From: a virus
Length of the DNA stretch: 64,000 nucleotides
Strand: one strand, 5' to 3'
IMG/VR virus record: IMGVR_UViG_3300050821_008607
Coordinates: 34,184-98,183 of that record
The position numbers and the translations under genes are program-made. The notes under the pieces are model-generated. The model ran no database searches. It had not been told where the DNA came from and saw only the letters and a list, made by a program, of their open reading frames with translations. Below are positions 35,114-44,140 of the stretch, piece by piece. Position 1 is the stretch's first letter. The number at the start of each line of letters is the position of its first letter.

Positions 35114-35848
35114 TTACGCAGCGAACAGGTAGCCGAACACCGTCTCGCCGACGCGCTGGTCGACGACCTCGCTGCCGTTAGCTTCCTCGCGGGCGAACTT
35201 CACGGCATGCTGCAGCTTCTCCACCCGCTCCAGCAGGTCGTTGACCCGCTTGGCCGGCAGGGCCCCGGAGAACTTGACCTGCGTCCAGAAGCCGACGGTC
35301 ACGTCCTCGGTGTACACCTGCACCTGCGCCGGGTGCTGCTGCGTCGCCGGGGTCAGCTCGTGGTTGCGGTACACCTTCTTCGTGCGGTGCGTCTTGACCG
35401 CGTCGGTGCGCCACGCGTCGGACGAGTCGTCCAGGGTCCACGACTCCGACGGGTCGAGCACCGGCAGCTTCTTGATGAAGGTGTGGATGTCGACCAGCTG
35501 CTTCTCCAGGAACAGGAGGTAGCTGACCGGTGCGCCCTTCACCAGCAGGTGGCCGTCGACCTTGACGTCGGCCTTCGCGGTGCAGTTTGCCCAGTCCTTC
35601 GTCGCGGTGACGTCGAACAGTCGGGTGAGCGTGGCCGCGGTGGACGCGATGACGTCCTCGGCGCGGACCTGAACCTTGGTGGACTCGGGCGGCAGCTGCT
35701 CGCCCTCTTCGTCCTTGGGCTGATAGGTGCGGGCAATCCCGGACAGTAGCGGGGACTTCTGCACGTTGTGGTGGGCTGCGGTGAGGTCGGCGAAGGCTTT
35801 CGCCTTCACGCCCTTCTCGACAGCAATGATCTGGTTGAGCTTGGCCAC
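35114..35848 (-). CDS. conserved uncharacterised protein (recalled as DUF7873-like)
   Basis: MAKLNQIIAVEKGVK...RTYQPKDEEGEQLPPE...DVTATKDWAN...LLFLEKQL...FSGAL...AREEAN; RBS GAGGAG. Confidence 0.85.
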   Translation of the reverse strand: MAKLNQIIAVEKGVKAKAFADLTAAHHNVQKSPLLSGIARTYQPKDEEGEQLPPESTKVQVRAEDVIASTAATLTRLFDVTATKDWANCTAKADVKVDGHLLVKGAPVSYLLFLEKQLVDIHTFIKKLPVLDPSESWTLDDSSDAWRTDAVKTHRTKKVYRNHELTPATQQHPAQVQVYTEDVTVGFWTQVKFSGALPAKRVNDLLERVEKLQHAVKFAREEANGSEVVDQRVGETVFGYLFAA

Positions 35849-35864
35849 GCTCTGCTCCTCACAT

Positions 35865-35903
35865 CAAGCTGTAAGGCACATTAGCACCTTGGGTTACAGC
35901 TTG
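35865..35903. promoter_or_regulatory. perfect 10-bp inverted repeat around putative extended -10 promoter
   Basis: CAAGCTGTAA-N19-TTACAGCTTG; TGCTAATGT on the minus strand within the spacer. Confidence 0.6.
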
Positions 35904-35908
35904 CTGGG

Positions 35909-35952
35909 CCTCGCGGGCCGGGAGCGTGGCCAGACGAAACCGGCCCGCGAGG
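35909..35952 (-). terminator. hairpin after HTH gene
   Basis: CCTCGCGGGCCG...CGGCCCGCGAGG, 12-bp stem. Confidence 0.6.
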
Positions 35953-35955
35953 AGC

Positions 35956-36183
35956 TCAGGCGGCCACCGGGTAGACGCGGCGCGCCTTCTCGCGGGTCGC
36001 ACGCTCGGCCTTGACGACGTCGATCGCACGGAAGAGCGGCCGACCCTGGTGATCCCGGGCGGCGATCTGCAGCCGGCCCCGGTAGCGCCAGTTGTGGACT
36101 ACGTTCGGTTTCACCTCGGCGGCCTCGGCGGCCTCGGCCACGCTCCACAGGGTGGTCTCCAGATCCACAGCAAGGTCGACCAC
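35956..36183 (-). CDS. MerR-like HTH DNA-binding protein
   Basis: SVAEAAEAAEVKPNVVHNWRYRGRL...GRPLFR. Confidence 0.8.
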   Translation of the reverse strand: MVDLAVDLETTLWSVAEAAEAAEVKPNVVHNWRYRGRLQIAARDHQGRPLFRAIDVVKAERATREKARRVYPVAA

Positions 36184-36212
36184 TGTGCACCTCCGTACCG
36201 TGCTTGGATATG

Positions 36213-36250
36213 CGAAAAGGCCCCGCCATCGCCTGATGGGGGGCCTTTCG
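36213..36250. terminator. bidirectional terminator
   Basis: AAAAGGCCCC.CCATC..GATGG.GGGGCCTTTC. Confidence 0.7.
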
Positions 36251-36305
36251 AAGTCTCACGGGCATGCCTCGCGTGGCCTCATCATCATGCATGAGAGCCG
36301 GAAGA

Positions 36306-37007
36306 TCAAGCAGCGATGCCCGCGAACTTCGCCGCGTCGTGGAGGCGCTGGACGTGGACGGCGTACTCGTCGTTGGACATGACGTTCTGGCAGTCCTGGT
36401 TGGTGCACTCGACAACGCCGTTCCGTGACCGCATCCACGGATCCCGGCAGCGCGGGCAAGGGGCAACGCGCTGCACGGGCCGCTGCTCGTCCTGCTTGCA
36501 GAACACTTCGGCGGAGTGGTGCCAGGAGTAGATCTGCCAGGCCGGGTTGCCGGAGCGTCCGCCGTGGGAGTCGGTGGCGCAGGGGTGTTCGGCGAGGAGC
36601 CAGCGCAGATGCCGGATGAGGGTGCCCAGCGCGCGGTTGATGGCGGCGCTGCCGGTGTCGGGGTTCTCGACGGGTTCGTCGAGGTGTTCGCGGACGTCGT
36701 TGGCAAGGATGAGGATCCCTTCGCCGAGGCCGTCGGCGAACAGGCGGGCGTGCTGCCCGGGCCAGGGCGGGGCCTGGAGTCCGACGCGGCCGATGGTGCC
36801 GACCAGCTTGGCGAGGGTGCCTTCTTCGCCTTCGAGGTAGACCGCGTCGAACAGGGCCGGGAGCTGGTGGAGTTGGGTGTGGGCGCTGGCGTAGCAGGAC
36901 CAGCAGTGGACGGGCTCGCCGGGGACGGGTTCGAGGTTGTGTTGCCGGCCGAGTTCTTCGGCGCGGCGCCAAGCGGAGTTGCATCGACCTGGGCAGGGGC
37001 TGGGCAT
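36306..37007 (-). CDS. Zn-finger protein, possible late transcription regulator
   Basis: CWSC, helical core, CPRC...VECTNQDC; followed by an HTH gene upstream of the packaging genes. Confidence 0.6.
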   Translation of the reverse strand: MPSPCPGRCNSAWRRAEELGRQHNLEPVPGEPVHCWSCYASAHTQLHQLPALFDAVYLEGEEGTLAKLVGTIGRVGLQAPPWPGQHARLFADGLGEGILILANDVREHLDEPVENPDTGSAAINRALGTLIRHLRWLLAEHPCATDSHGGRSGNPAWQIYSWHHSAEVFCKQDEQRPVQRVAPCPRCRDPWMRSRNGVVECTNQDCQNVMSNDEYAVHVQRLHDAAKFAGIAA

Positions 37008-37145
37008 GGCGAGGGCTCCCGAGAGTCAGGAGTGGCAGGTGATGTCGCCAGTATGCGCCTGCGGCACTGTTGACGTGGCGCGTTGCGTGTGGCGAATCCG
37101 CCCGTTTCGGGTGCGCCCGCCGTGACGCGGCGTCACCATGGACGC

Positions 37146-37349
37146 ATGGGGACTCGGTTGACCATTTGGTCTGAGACGCGCGCCGAGGCGGATGCGTGGG
37201 CTGCCGTGTTCCGCGCGCTGGGCTTGGATGTCGGGACCCCGGCTCATCTGACCCACCGTGGCGAGTGGATGGTGCGGGCACTCCCGGCCGGTCAGCGCCT
37301 GCAGCGGCAGGACGGCCGCGAGTGCACCCAGCCGAAGGAAGCCTCATAG
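37146..37349 (+). CDS. hypothetical protein
   Basis: MGTRLTIWSETRAEADAW...WMVRA. Confidence 0.45.
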   Translation: MGTRLTIWSETRAEADAWAAVFRALGLDVGTPAHLTHRGEWMVRALPAGQRLQRQDGRECTQPKEAS

Positions 37350-37819
37350 CAGCCGGGCGACGACTGGCGTGCGGGTGCGCGGTCGCGGAACGGGCTCGAC
37401 GCACCGATCATGGCCAACTCGATGTCCAGCATCCGTCGACCGGCCCAGTACAGGGCATCGATGACCTCAGCGGGCACCTTGGGCTCGTCGGCAGGGGTCG
37501 GCTCGGGCGCCCAGGTCTGGTCGTAGCCCTCCCGGTCGGCGTAGGGCAGTGCCAGCGCGGCCCAGATCGCGTCGGTGTCCAGGTTGGTGCCGATCGCCAG
37601 GTAGATGTCGCCGTCCTTGTCGAGTGCGTTCACTGCCGCGATGAGCTGCCGTTTGGCGGTGACCTCGGCCAGTATCCGGGCGGAGCCGAAGCGGTCGTGG
37701 AACATCCGGCCCCGGTCATCGCAGTAGTCGGTGTGCAGGCACGCGGTCTTGAAGTCGACGGCTGCGGCCTGGTCGGCGTCGAGTTGGGCCAGGAGGAAGG
37801 TCACGAGGGGGCTGCTCAT
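37292..37819 (-). CDS. DUF6221-like protein
   Basis: FLLAQLDAD...ARILAEVTAKRQLI...LALPYADREGY..W. Confidence 0.75.
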   Translation of the reverse strand: MSSPLVTFLLAQLDADQAAAVDFKTACLHTDYCDDRGRMFHDRFGSARILAEVTAKRQLIAAVNALDKDGDIYLAIGTNLDTDAIWAALALPYADREGYDQTWAPEPTPADEPKVPAEVIDALYWAGRRMLDIELAMIGASSPFRDRAPARQSSPGCYEASFGWVHSRPSCRCRR

Positions 37820-38115
37820 GGGGTCCATGGTGCATCCTTGGCGTGGTCCTGGCTCCTTGCCATCGCGCATCCGTCGCCGTAGCAGTGGATGCCGTCGTAC
37901 TCATCGCACGCCTCCGAGGTACAGCGGCGTCGGGGGACCGCGACGACGGTGACGGGCCCGTAGTTGCCCGCGATCTCCTTCCAGGATTTCTGGCCGTCTC
38001 GGTCCATCGCTACCCAGTAGTCGCCGACGTTGCCCCACTTTTCGCCGAGGCACAGCACGATCGTGCCCACCGGCGGCTCGGGGTCGGCGGTCGTGAGGAC
38101 GTCGCCTACCTTCAC
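37816..38115 (-). CDS. hypothetical protein
   Basis: coupled on both sides. Confidence 0.55.
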   Translation of the reverse strand: MKVGDVLTTADPEPPVGTIVLCLGEKWGNVGDYWVAMDRDGQKSWKEIAGNYGPVTVVAVPRRRCTSEACDEYDGIHCYGDGCAMARSQDHAKDAPWTP

Positions 38116-38534
38116 TCCGTCCACCCCCAGCCCCTGGCGATCAGCTGCACGGTGGCACAGGGCCACGGCTGAGGGTCGCCGTCGTAGTAGTGGCCCGGGG
38201 CGCAGGTCCCGCACGTTGCGACCTCCTCGTAGCAGTCGCAGTTGAGGTCGGCGCACGATTCGTGGATGGGCAAGCTGGCGTAGCGCTGGGGCTGGTGCTC
38301 GACGAGAAGGTCCCGCTCGGCAGCCACCCGCAGCAGGGCCGCGTCGGGCATGTTGGCCTCAATGAACCGCTCCCCGGCACGGATTGCCCTCGTGGACAGG
38401 TCCACGCTCGACAGGATGAACTCGACGGGATTCTCGGGGTGCATCTGGGCGTCGGGCCGGTTCGCCGCCTGCGCGAGGGCCTCAGCCTTCGTGTGGGCGG
38501 CGAGGAGGAACGTCACCGCAGGATGCTCCGTCAT
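38112..38534 (-). CDS. DUF6221-like protein
   Basis: TFLLAA...LLRVAAERDLLVEH...WPCATVQLIA. Confidence 0.65.
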   Translation of the reverse strand: MTEHPAVTFLLAAHTKAEALAQAANRPDAQMHPENPVEFILSSVDLSTRAIRAGERFIEANMPDAALLRVAAERDLLVEHQPQRYASLPIHESCADLNCDCYEEVATCGTCAPGHYYDGDPQPWPCATVQLIARGWGWTE

Positions 38535-38824
38535 GATCCCTCCGGTGCGAGCAGGAGCGTCGGCGTCATCTGCATGTAGACCGCCATGCCTTGGTCGAGT
38601 TGGTACATCTCCGCCGGGCAGTCCGGGCAGGTCATCACGAACACGGCGTGGGACGGCCGCCGTTCCAGCCGCCAGCGTCGGCCCGTCCGCTTCCGGACCC
38701 AGCGGGCCGGATAGGCGCGGCGCTCCGTTGCAGCGTTCGGGTGGAAGCAGAGATCCGGGCCGCGCGTGGGGGCGAGCAGGGCGTGCAGCAGGGCGCCGGT
38801 GCTGGGCGGGTCGATGTCGGTCAT
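38531..38824 (-). CDS. hypothetical protein
   Basis: ATGA-coupled. Confidence 0.5.
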   Translation of the reverse strand: MTDIDPPSTGALLHALLAPTRGPDLCFHPNAATERRAYPARWVRKRTGRRWRLERRPSHAVFVMTCPDCPAEMYQLDQGMAVYMQMTPTLLLAPEGS

Positions 38825-39135
38825 GTCGGGCCTTCCAGGTAGCTGAACACGCCGCTGAACTCCGGCCCGCGCGCGATCGTGTGCGTCCCCGGAAATCGGA
38901 ACGGGACCGTGAGCCACTCCACCCCGCTGGGCTGCTCGGGCTCTGGCTCGGGCTGCCCAGCGGGGTGCCGCTGCGCCACGTGCTCGTCGGCCATGCGCAC
39001 CATCTCGCCCAGGTCCAGCGTCGGATCCTCGGTGAGCCACGGCAGCCGGTCGTCCTCGTCGCAGTCCAGGCAGCACAGTTGGTGGCCGGTCAGGGTGCTG
39101 CCGCAGAGGTAGAAGCGGGAGTAGTCGGTGCTCAT
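38821..39135 (-). CDS. hypothetical Zn-binding protein
   Basis: CLDC...H...H; coupled. Confidence 0.55.
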   Translation of the reverse strand: MSTDYSRFYLCGSTLTGHQLCCLDCDEDDRLPWLTEDPTLDLGEMVRMADEHVAQRHPAGQPEPEPEQPSGVEWLTVPFRFPGTHTIARGPEFSGVFSYLEGPT

Positions 39136-39236
39136 GGTCGGCCTGCCGGTCCGGTCAAGGCCGCGCAGATCGCAACAACCCCCACGCATGTCGCCCCGGC
39201 GCAGAAGCCGTCGAGCAGCCAAGCCCACCACGCCAT
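39132..39236 (-). CDS. small membrane peptide
   Basis: 34 aa hydrophobic; coupled. Confidence 0.4.
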   Translation of the reverse strand: MAWWAWLLDGFCAGATCVGVVAICAALTGPAGRP

Positions 39237-39541
39237 CACAGATCCTCTCCGTCCTCGACCGCAAGCAGCCAGTGCCGGTCGCACAGGCTGTCCGCCGTGG
39301 CCTTGCGCCAACACCAGCCATGATCCGGCAGGCAGCGCGTCTCCAGCCACCACTCGCGCGGCCGACGGACCTGATGGCGCAGCCACGCTTGGCAGCGGTC
39401 CCAGCGGGTCACCGGGCGGACGGTGAGCAGGTACGGGCCGACGCCGGTGCAGCCGGTCACCAGGAGCACGTCCTCGCCGTCGAGGCGCAGCCAACTGCCT
39501 CGCTGCACCGGATCCGCCGTCGTGATCGTGGAGGCGGTCAC
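39236..39541 (-). CDS. hypothetical protein
   Basis: coupled. Confidence 0.5.
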   Translation of the reverse strand: MTASTITTADPVQRGSWLRLDGEDVLLVTGCTGVGPYLLTVRPVTRWDRCQAWLRHQVRRPREWWLETRCLPDHGWCWRKATADSLCDRHWLLAVEDGEDL

Positions 39542-40146
39542 GGCTGCCTCGCGGTGTGCTGGTGGTCCGCGCCGTACAGATAGGACACGCAGGGCGCGCC
39601 AGGGCACGGCACCAGCACCACGGGGTCGATCAGCTTCGGCACGAGCACGGGCACCGGCTCAACCCGCGCCGTCGGGACCGCTTCGCCGAACGTCTTCCCG
39701 CAGCACTGGCACTGATCCTGCGCCACCGCCCCGTCCTTGATGCTGCTCGTCACGCACTCGTGCCCGCACACCGGCAGGGTCTCGCCAGCCTCGAACCGGC
39801 GTCGTGCCTCCCGCAGTCCGACCAGCAGCGCGATGTGTTCGTCCAGCTCGCACAGATGCAGGTAGTCCGGCTCGCCCTCGCCTGGAATGCCAGCCAGCCT
39901 AGGGCCGGAGTAGTTGAAGAGGTGCGTGCAGCTCGATCCCGACGCGGACCATTCGCCTGTCATGGTCGCCACGTCGAGGTACGTCCTGGTCGGGTCGGTG
40001 ACATACCAGGCGTTGGACCGCCCTGCGATGGCGTCGATGATCCGGCGCGCTGTCGCGGCATGGTCATCACACGGGGCGGCGTCCAGTGCTTCGGCGATCA
40101 CGGTTTCGAGGAACACGTCCTCGGTGGGGATGCTCACGGTGACCAT
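39538..40146 (-). CDS. hypothetical protein
   Basis: 202-aa ORF, DYLHLCELD motif. Confidence 0.6.
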   Translation of the reverse strand: MVTVSIPTEDVFLETVIAEALDAAPCDDHAATARRIIDAIAGRSNAWYVTDPTRTYLDVATMTGEWSASGSSCTHLFNYSGPRLAGIPGEGEPDYLHLCELDEHIALLVGLREARRRFEAGETLPVCGHECVTSSIKDGAVAQDQCQCCGKTFGEAVPTARVEPVPVLVPKLIDPVVLVPCPGAPCVSYLYGADHQHTARQP

Positions 40147-40265
40147 GATGCGCCTGCCGCGATCCGCCGCGCCCCGGATATGCAGCGGCGCGCTATCCTC
40201 ACCGCCAGGGCAAGACGCGCACGCCCATCCGCTCGACGGTCAAGGTCCTCCGGGCCCGCGTAGAC

Positions 40266-40295
40266 GGCCCCGCCCGGTAGGACCGGAGCGGGGCC
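40266..40295. terminator. GC hairpin
   Basis: GGCCCCGC.CCGG....CCGG.GCGGGGCC in intergenic gap. Confidence 0.45.
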
Positions 40296-40396
40296 CTCGC
40301 CTTACCCGGACATGCAGCGACCCCGCCACTCGGGGGACGATGGCGGGGTCGAGTGCGCGGCGTCTTCCACGCCGGTATTCCGAGTGTGCCCCGGAC

Positions 40397-41738
40397 TCAG
40401 CCGCTCTGCACCGGGTTCATCGGATCCTCACGCTGCGGCGTGGTCGTGGCGGCGAGCGCGAGCGTCCGCAGTGTCAGGCGGGCCTCGGCGTAGGTCGGGC
40501 TCGTGGTAAGTACCTGCTGCGCCGTCTCGCGGCTGATCCCGAGCTCGTCCGCGAACGCGATGTAGTCCCGCACCGGGCGCTCGGTGCGTTCACGCTCGGG
40601 GCGCAGGAAGGCGGCGAGACCGGAGCCAGACGGCGTCGCGGCCATGGCGAGGATCGCGGCCTTGAGTCGGTCGAGCTCCTCGCGGGACGTGCCATCGGAG
40701 ATGCTCACTCGCGGCCCCAGTCCAGGGTGAGTGTCGGACCCGTCGGTACGGCCGTCGACAGGCCGCCGCCGGAGTTCATGAGCGTGTCGCCCTCCCAGAG
40801 GTGCAGGAGACTGTACCGGGCGGCGACGTCGGCGAACGGCTCGGCTGCTTCCTCTTCGGTGAGCAGGCGCGGGGGCTGGCCCGGGAGGAACAGGTAGTAG
40901 CCGGCGGCGGGCGCGGTGAAGCGGGTCTCGGTCATCGTCGTCCCTGCCGGTTGCGGTAGCGGCGGTGATAGCGGGCATCCAGCGCGGACTGGCGGGTCGG
41001 CAGGATCAGCCTGACGGGCAGGCCGTAGATGCGGGCAATCTGCCTCTGGAACTTGTCGGGCCCGGACCACGCCAGCCGGTTCACCGTCACCCACCGGTCT
41101 TCCCAGTAGCCGCTCACGACGCCTCCCGCTCTCCGGCGATCCGCCAGCCGCCCGCGACCTCGGCGAGCAGCTTCATTCCGGCCTCGACGCCCCGCAGGGC
41201 TTGCGCAACGGTGACACCCAGGCCGGCGGGATCCCACACGGGCGGCACGTCGTTGGGTGTGCCGCTGCCATGCCGCTCCAGCTGATGGCACGCGCGGGCC
41301 AGGTCCGGGCGGCGGGTCATCGCGCATCCGGGTCGATGAGGGCGGCGTAGGCGAGCGCGTATTGGTCTCCGGGCTCGCCCATGACAGTGGTGTCCGTGCG
41401 GATCTTCTCCGCTGCCGCGCGAAGCACGTCGTCCTGCTCGGCCAGCAGGTGCGGGTAGGCGGCGTTGAGGGCGAGCCGGGTGCGGTGCTCGGCTTCCTGC
41501 TGGCTCATGCCGCCTGGTAGGCCGGGCCATGCCGCCTCCATCGCGGCGGTGAGCGGCGCGGCAGGAATCTCGGGGATGCTCATGGCCTCAGTCTCTCGCG
41601 TGCGGGCCGGCATGTCCGGCGGACGGGCGGTCAGTGGCCGATGATGCCGTGGACGATGGCCCCCGCGATGCACATCCACCACACCGCCCTGCACAGCCAG
41701 TTGCCCAGCCGGTGTCCGATCCCGCGGCGGCGCCTCAC
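40397..41738 (-). other. run of small hypothetical genes (40397-40708, 40705-40935, 40932-41117, 41114-41320, 41317-41583, 41631-41738)
   Basis: mostly stop/start overlaps (ATGA/GTGA) with RBSs. Confidence 0.55.
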
Positions 41739-42163
41739 CCGATCCTGCCGACCTTGTTGCGCCCGCCGTTGAACGTGACCGTCGTCCCGCCCGACTGCTG
41801 CGCCGCGCCGTGGCCCTTCGCGAACGCGATCACCGCAGCCAGGGCGCCCATGAAAGCCGCAGCCGCCCACAGGTACGGGCCCGCCGTCCGGATGCCCTGC
41901 CCGACGAGGTCCACACCGAGGCCGCACAGCGCAGCGCAGGCACCCCCGGCGATCGGGCGCACCACCCACGGGTCCTGCCACGGATTCGGTCGACCCGCCT
42001 CGAACGGCACCGGCTGGTACACCTGCGGCTCCGGCTGAACCATGGCGGCCGGCCGCGGGACGGCGAGCGCGGCGTGCCGCTCCGGGACCGCGGGCGGGAA
42101 GCGCAACGGCTCGACCTCGGCGACCGGGTTCCAGTCGCGTACCGCATCGGCGTAGTCGGACAT
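41735..42163 (-). CDS. 2-TM membrane protein (spread-protein-like)
   Basis: two TM helices; directly after traB-like gene. Confidence 0.6.
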   Translation of the reverse strand: MSDYADAVRDWNPVAEVEPLRFPPAVPERHAALAVPRPAAMVQPEPQVYQPVPFEAGRPNPWQDPWVVRPIAGGACAALCGLGVDLVGQGIRTAGPYLWAAAAFMGALAAVIAFAKGHGAAQQSGGTTVTFNGGRNKVGRIG

Positions 42164-42172
42164 GACGGCTCC

Positions 42173-44140
42173 TCAGGCTGCTTCTGCGTGGACGGCGAGG
42201 AGGAACACCTTCGAGGCGTCGCGGCGCCCGTTGTCGACGACCCAGCCGCGCGCCTTCCACGCCTGGATCGGGTCGGAGATGGAGGTGCGCTGATTCAGGC
42301 CGGAGCCAGCGACCATGCCAAGGAGTTCGAGGATCGTCGCGCCCTGCGCACCCCGCTGATCCAGGGCCCGCCACAGCTGCTGGTGGTTCGCGGGGACCTC
42401 GGAGCCGTCGGGAAAGCACGGCACGGACTTGAGCAGCCGCGGCTTACCGCCACCGGGCGGGGTGGCCTGTGGACCGCCACTGCCCTCGCGGGCATTGAGA
42501 CGGGCGGTCGTCACGATCTGCCCGTCGTCGATCCAGAACGCGCGCGACTCGGCCGGCTGCGTGTAGCGGCGCGAGGAGATCATGAGCTTGCCGGGGGCGT
42601 CGAGCTGGTCCAGCCGCCATCCGGCCCCGAGCGCGCCGGCACCGAGGATCAGGTTGATTGTCACGGTCTCGTTGACGCCCAGGCCGATGCGGTTCTCGTA
42701 CTGCTGGCGCGCATCGGTGCCCTTGCCACCGAACGCCCGCTCCGACGGCGACTGCGTGGCGGCGATGATGCGGATGCCCATGGCGCGCGCGACCTGGTTG
42801 AGGGTGATCAGCCGGTCGGCGACCTTCGGGGCCTGCCGGACCAGTTCGGCCAGCTCGTCTATGACCAGGAGCATCGCTGGGCCGTGGCCCCACTCGGGCG
42901 AGTCGGGGTCGGCATCGGGGTTGCCGGGGATCCACTTGCGGACCGGCTCGCCGTCCGGGCCGCGGAGGGTGGCCAGGTGCTCGCCGCGGATCTCCATCTC
43001 CCGCACGACGAACTCGACGATCGCCTCGGCGCCCTTGGCGGAGTCGGCGATGCCCTCCATGACGTCCTGCCACGGCCCGAGTTCCAGGGCGCCGGGCTTC
43101 ATGTCGATGCCGAGGATCCTGGCGTCGGGGCAGCCGGCGAGGTTGGCGATGATGACGTTCTCGACGCCGGACTTGCCGCGGTCGGTGGAGCCGGCGATCA
43201 GGACGTGGCCGTCCATGAGGTCGAGGAGGAGCGGGGAGCCGTCGGCGAGGCGGCCGATGGTCATGGGCTGCTTGACGGAGGTGATGGACGGGCCGGGCCA
43301 CGGGATGGTGTCGGCGAGGGGGTCGTTGGTCTGCATCCGCATGATCAGCTGGTTGCCCTGCGGGCCCTGCGCGAGGGTGAGCCGGCCGGGGAGCCCGAGG
43401 TTCGCGCGCAGCTGCTGCAGCTTGGCTGTGACCGCGGCCGGGCTCGTGGTCTTGCCGGGCGGCAGCGTCACCAGCGCCACCCAGCCGTTCGCGTTCGACT
43501 GGAACGCGTCGATCGCCAGCGGTGTCGCGCCGAGCGCTGCCAGCCCGCGGTAGATCGCGGTCTCCTCGACGCTGCCACCGGTGATGCCAGGGGCCTGCGC
43601 TGCCAGCCCCATGCCAGCCGGGAGGGTGCCAGCCTTGGCAGCCTGGACGTGGAGTGCCAGCCGCTCGTGCCGGTGCCGGGTCAGCCAGGGGATGTAGATG
43701 CCATAGCTGGCGGCGGTGGCAATGGCACTGACGACCAGGCTGGCAGCCGACGGCCCGGCCATGGCGTTGATGCCGACGTCGGCGAGGACCGCGGTGAGGC
43801 CGGCTCCGGCGGAGGCGAGGTGGGTGTGCTTGTGCTTGAGAGCGAGACCGGCGACGGCGCCGCTGACGGCGGTCGCGGCGCCGTAGGCGAGGCCGGTTCC
43901 GATGCCGACGCCGGACATGTTCTCGGCCCAGGCGAGGCTGGTCAGGGCGGCGTTCCCGGCGAGGGGTGCGACCTCGTAGCGGCGCCGGGAGCACCAGGTG
44001 CCGAGGGTGTTGATGCGGCTCACGACTGCTCCGGGCGGGTTGGAGATGACGTGACGTGACGTGACGTGAGGGTTCATTTGGGCTGGTCGGAGCAGTTCGG
44101 GGAGCAGGGGTGCTGACGTCACGTCACTCGATCCCTTCAT
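42173..44140 (-). CDS. traB: FtsK/SpoIIIE-family TraB-like DNA translocase
   Basis: N-terminal TMs, HVLIAGSTDRGKSG (Walker A), IDMKPG..EL, LLVIDELAEL (Walker B), ARAMGI..IAATQSP, C-terminal wHTH-like domain. Confidence 0.85.
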   Translation of the reverse strand: MKGSSDVTSAPLLPELLRPAQMNPHVTSRHVISNPPGAVVSRINTLGTWCSRRRYEVAPLAGNAALTSLAWAENMSGVGIGTGLAYGAATAVSGAVAGLALKHKHTHLASAGAGLTAVLADVGINAMAGPSAASLVVSAIATAASYGIYIPWLTRHRHERLALHVQAAKAGTLPAGMGLAAQAPGITGGSVEETAIYRGLAALGATPLAIDAFQSNANGWVALVTLPPGKTTSPAAVTAKLQQLRANLGLPGRLTLAQGPQGNQLIMRMQTNDPLADTIPWPGPSITSVKQPMTIGRLADGSPLLLDLMDGHVLIAGSTDRGKSGVENVIIANLAGCPDARILGIDMKPGALELGPWQDVMEGIADSAKGAEAIVEFVVREMEIRGEHLATLRGPDGEPVRKWIPGNPDADPDSPEWGHGPAMLLVIDELAELVRQAPKVADRLITLNQVARAMGIRIIAATQSPSERAFGGKGTDARQQYENRIGLGVNETVTINLILGAGALGAGWRLDQLDAPGKLMISSRRYTQPAESRAFWIDDGQIVTTARLNAREGSGGPQATPPGGGKPRLLKSVPCFPDGSEVPANHQQLWRALDQRGAQGATILELLGMVAGSGLNQRTSISDPIQAWKARGWVVDNGRRDASKVFLLAVHAEAA

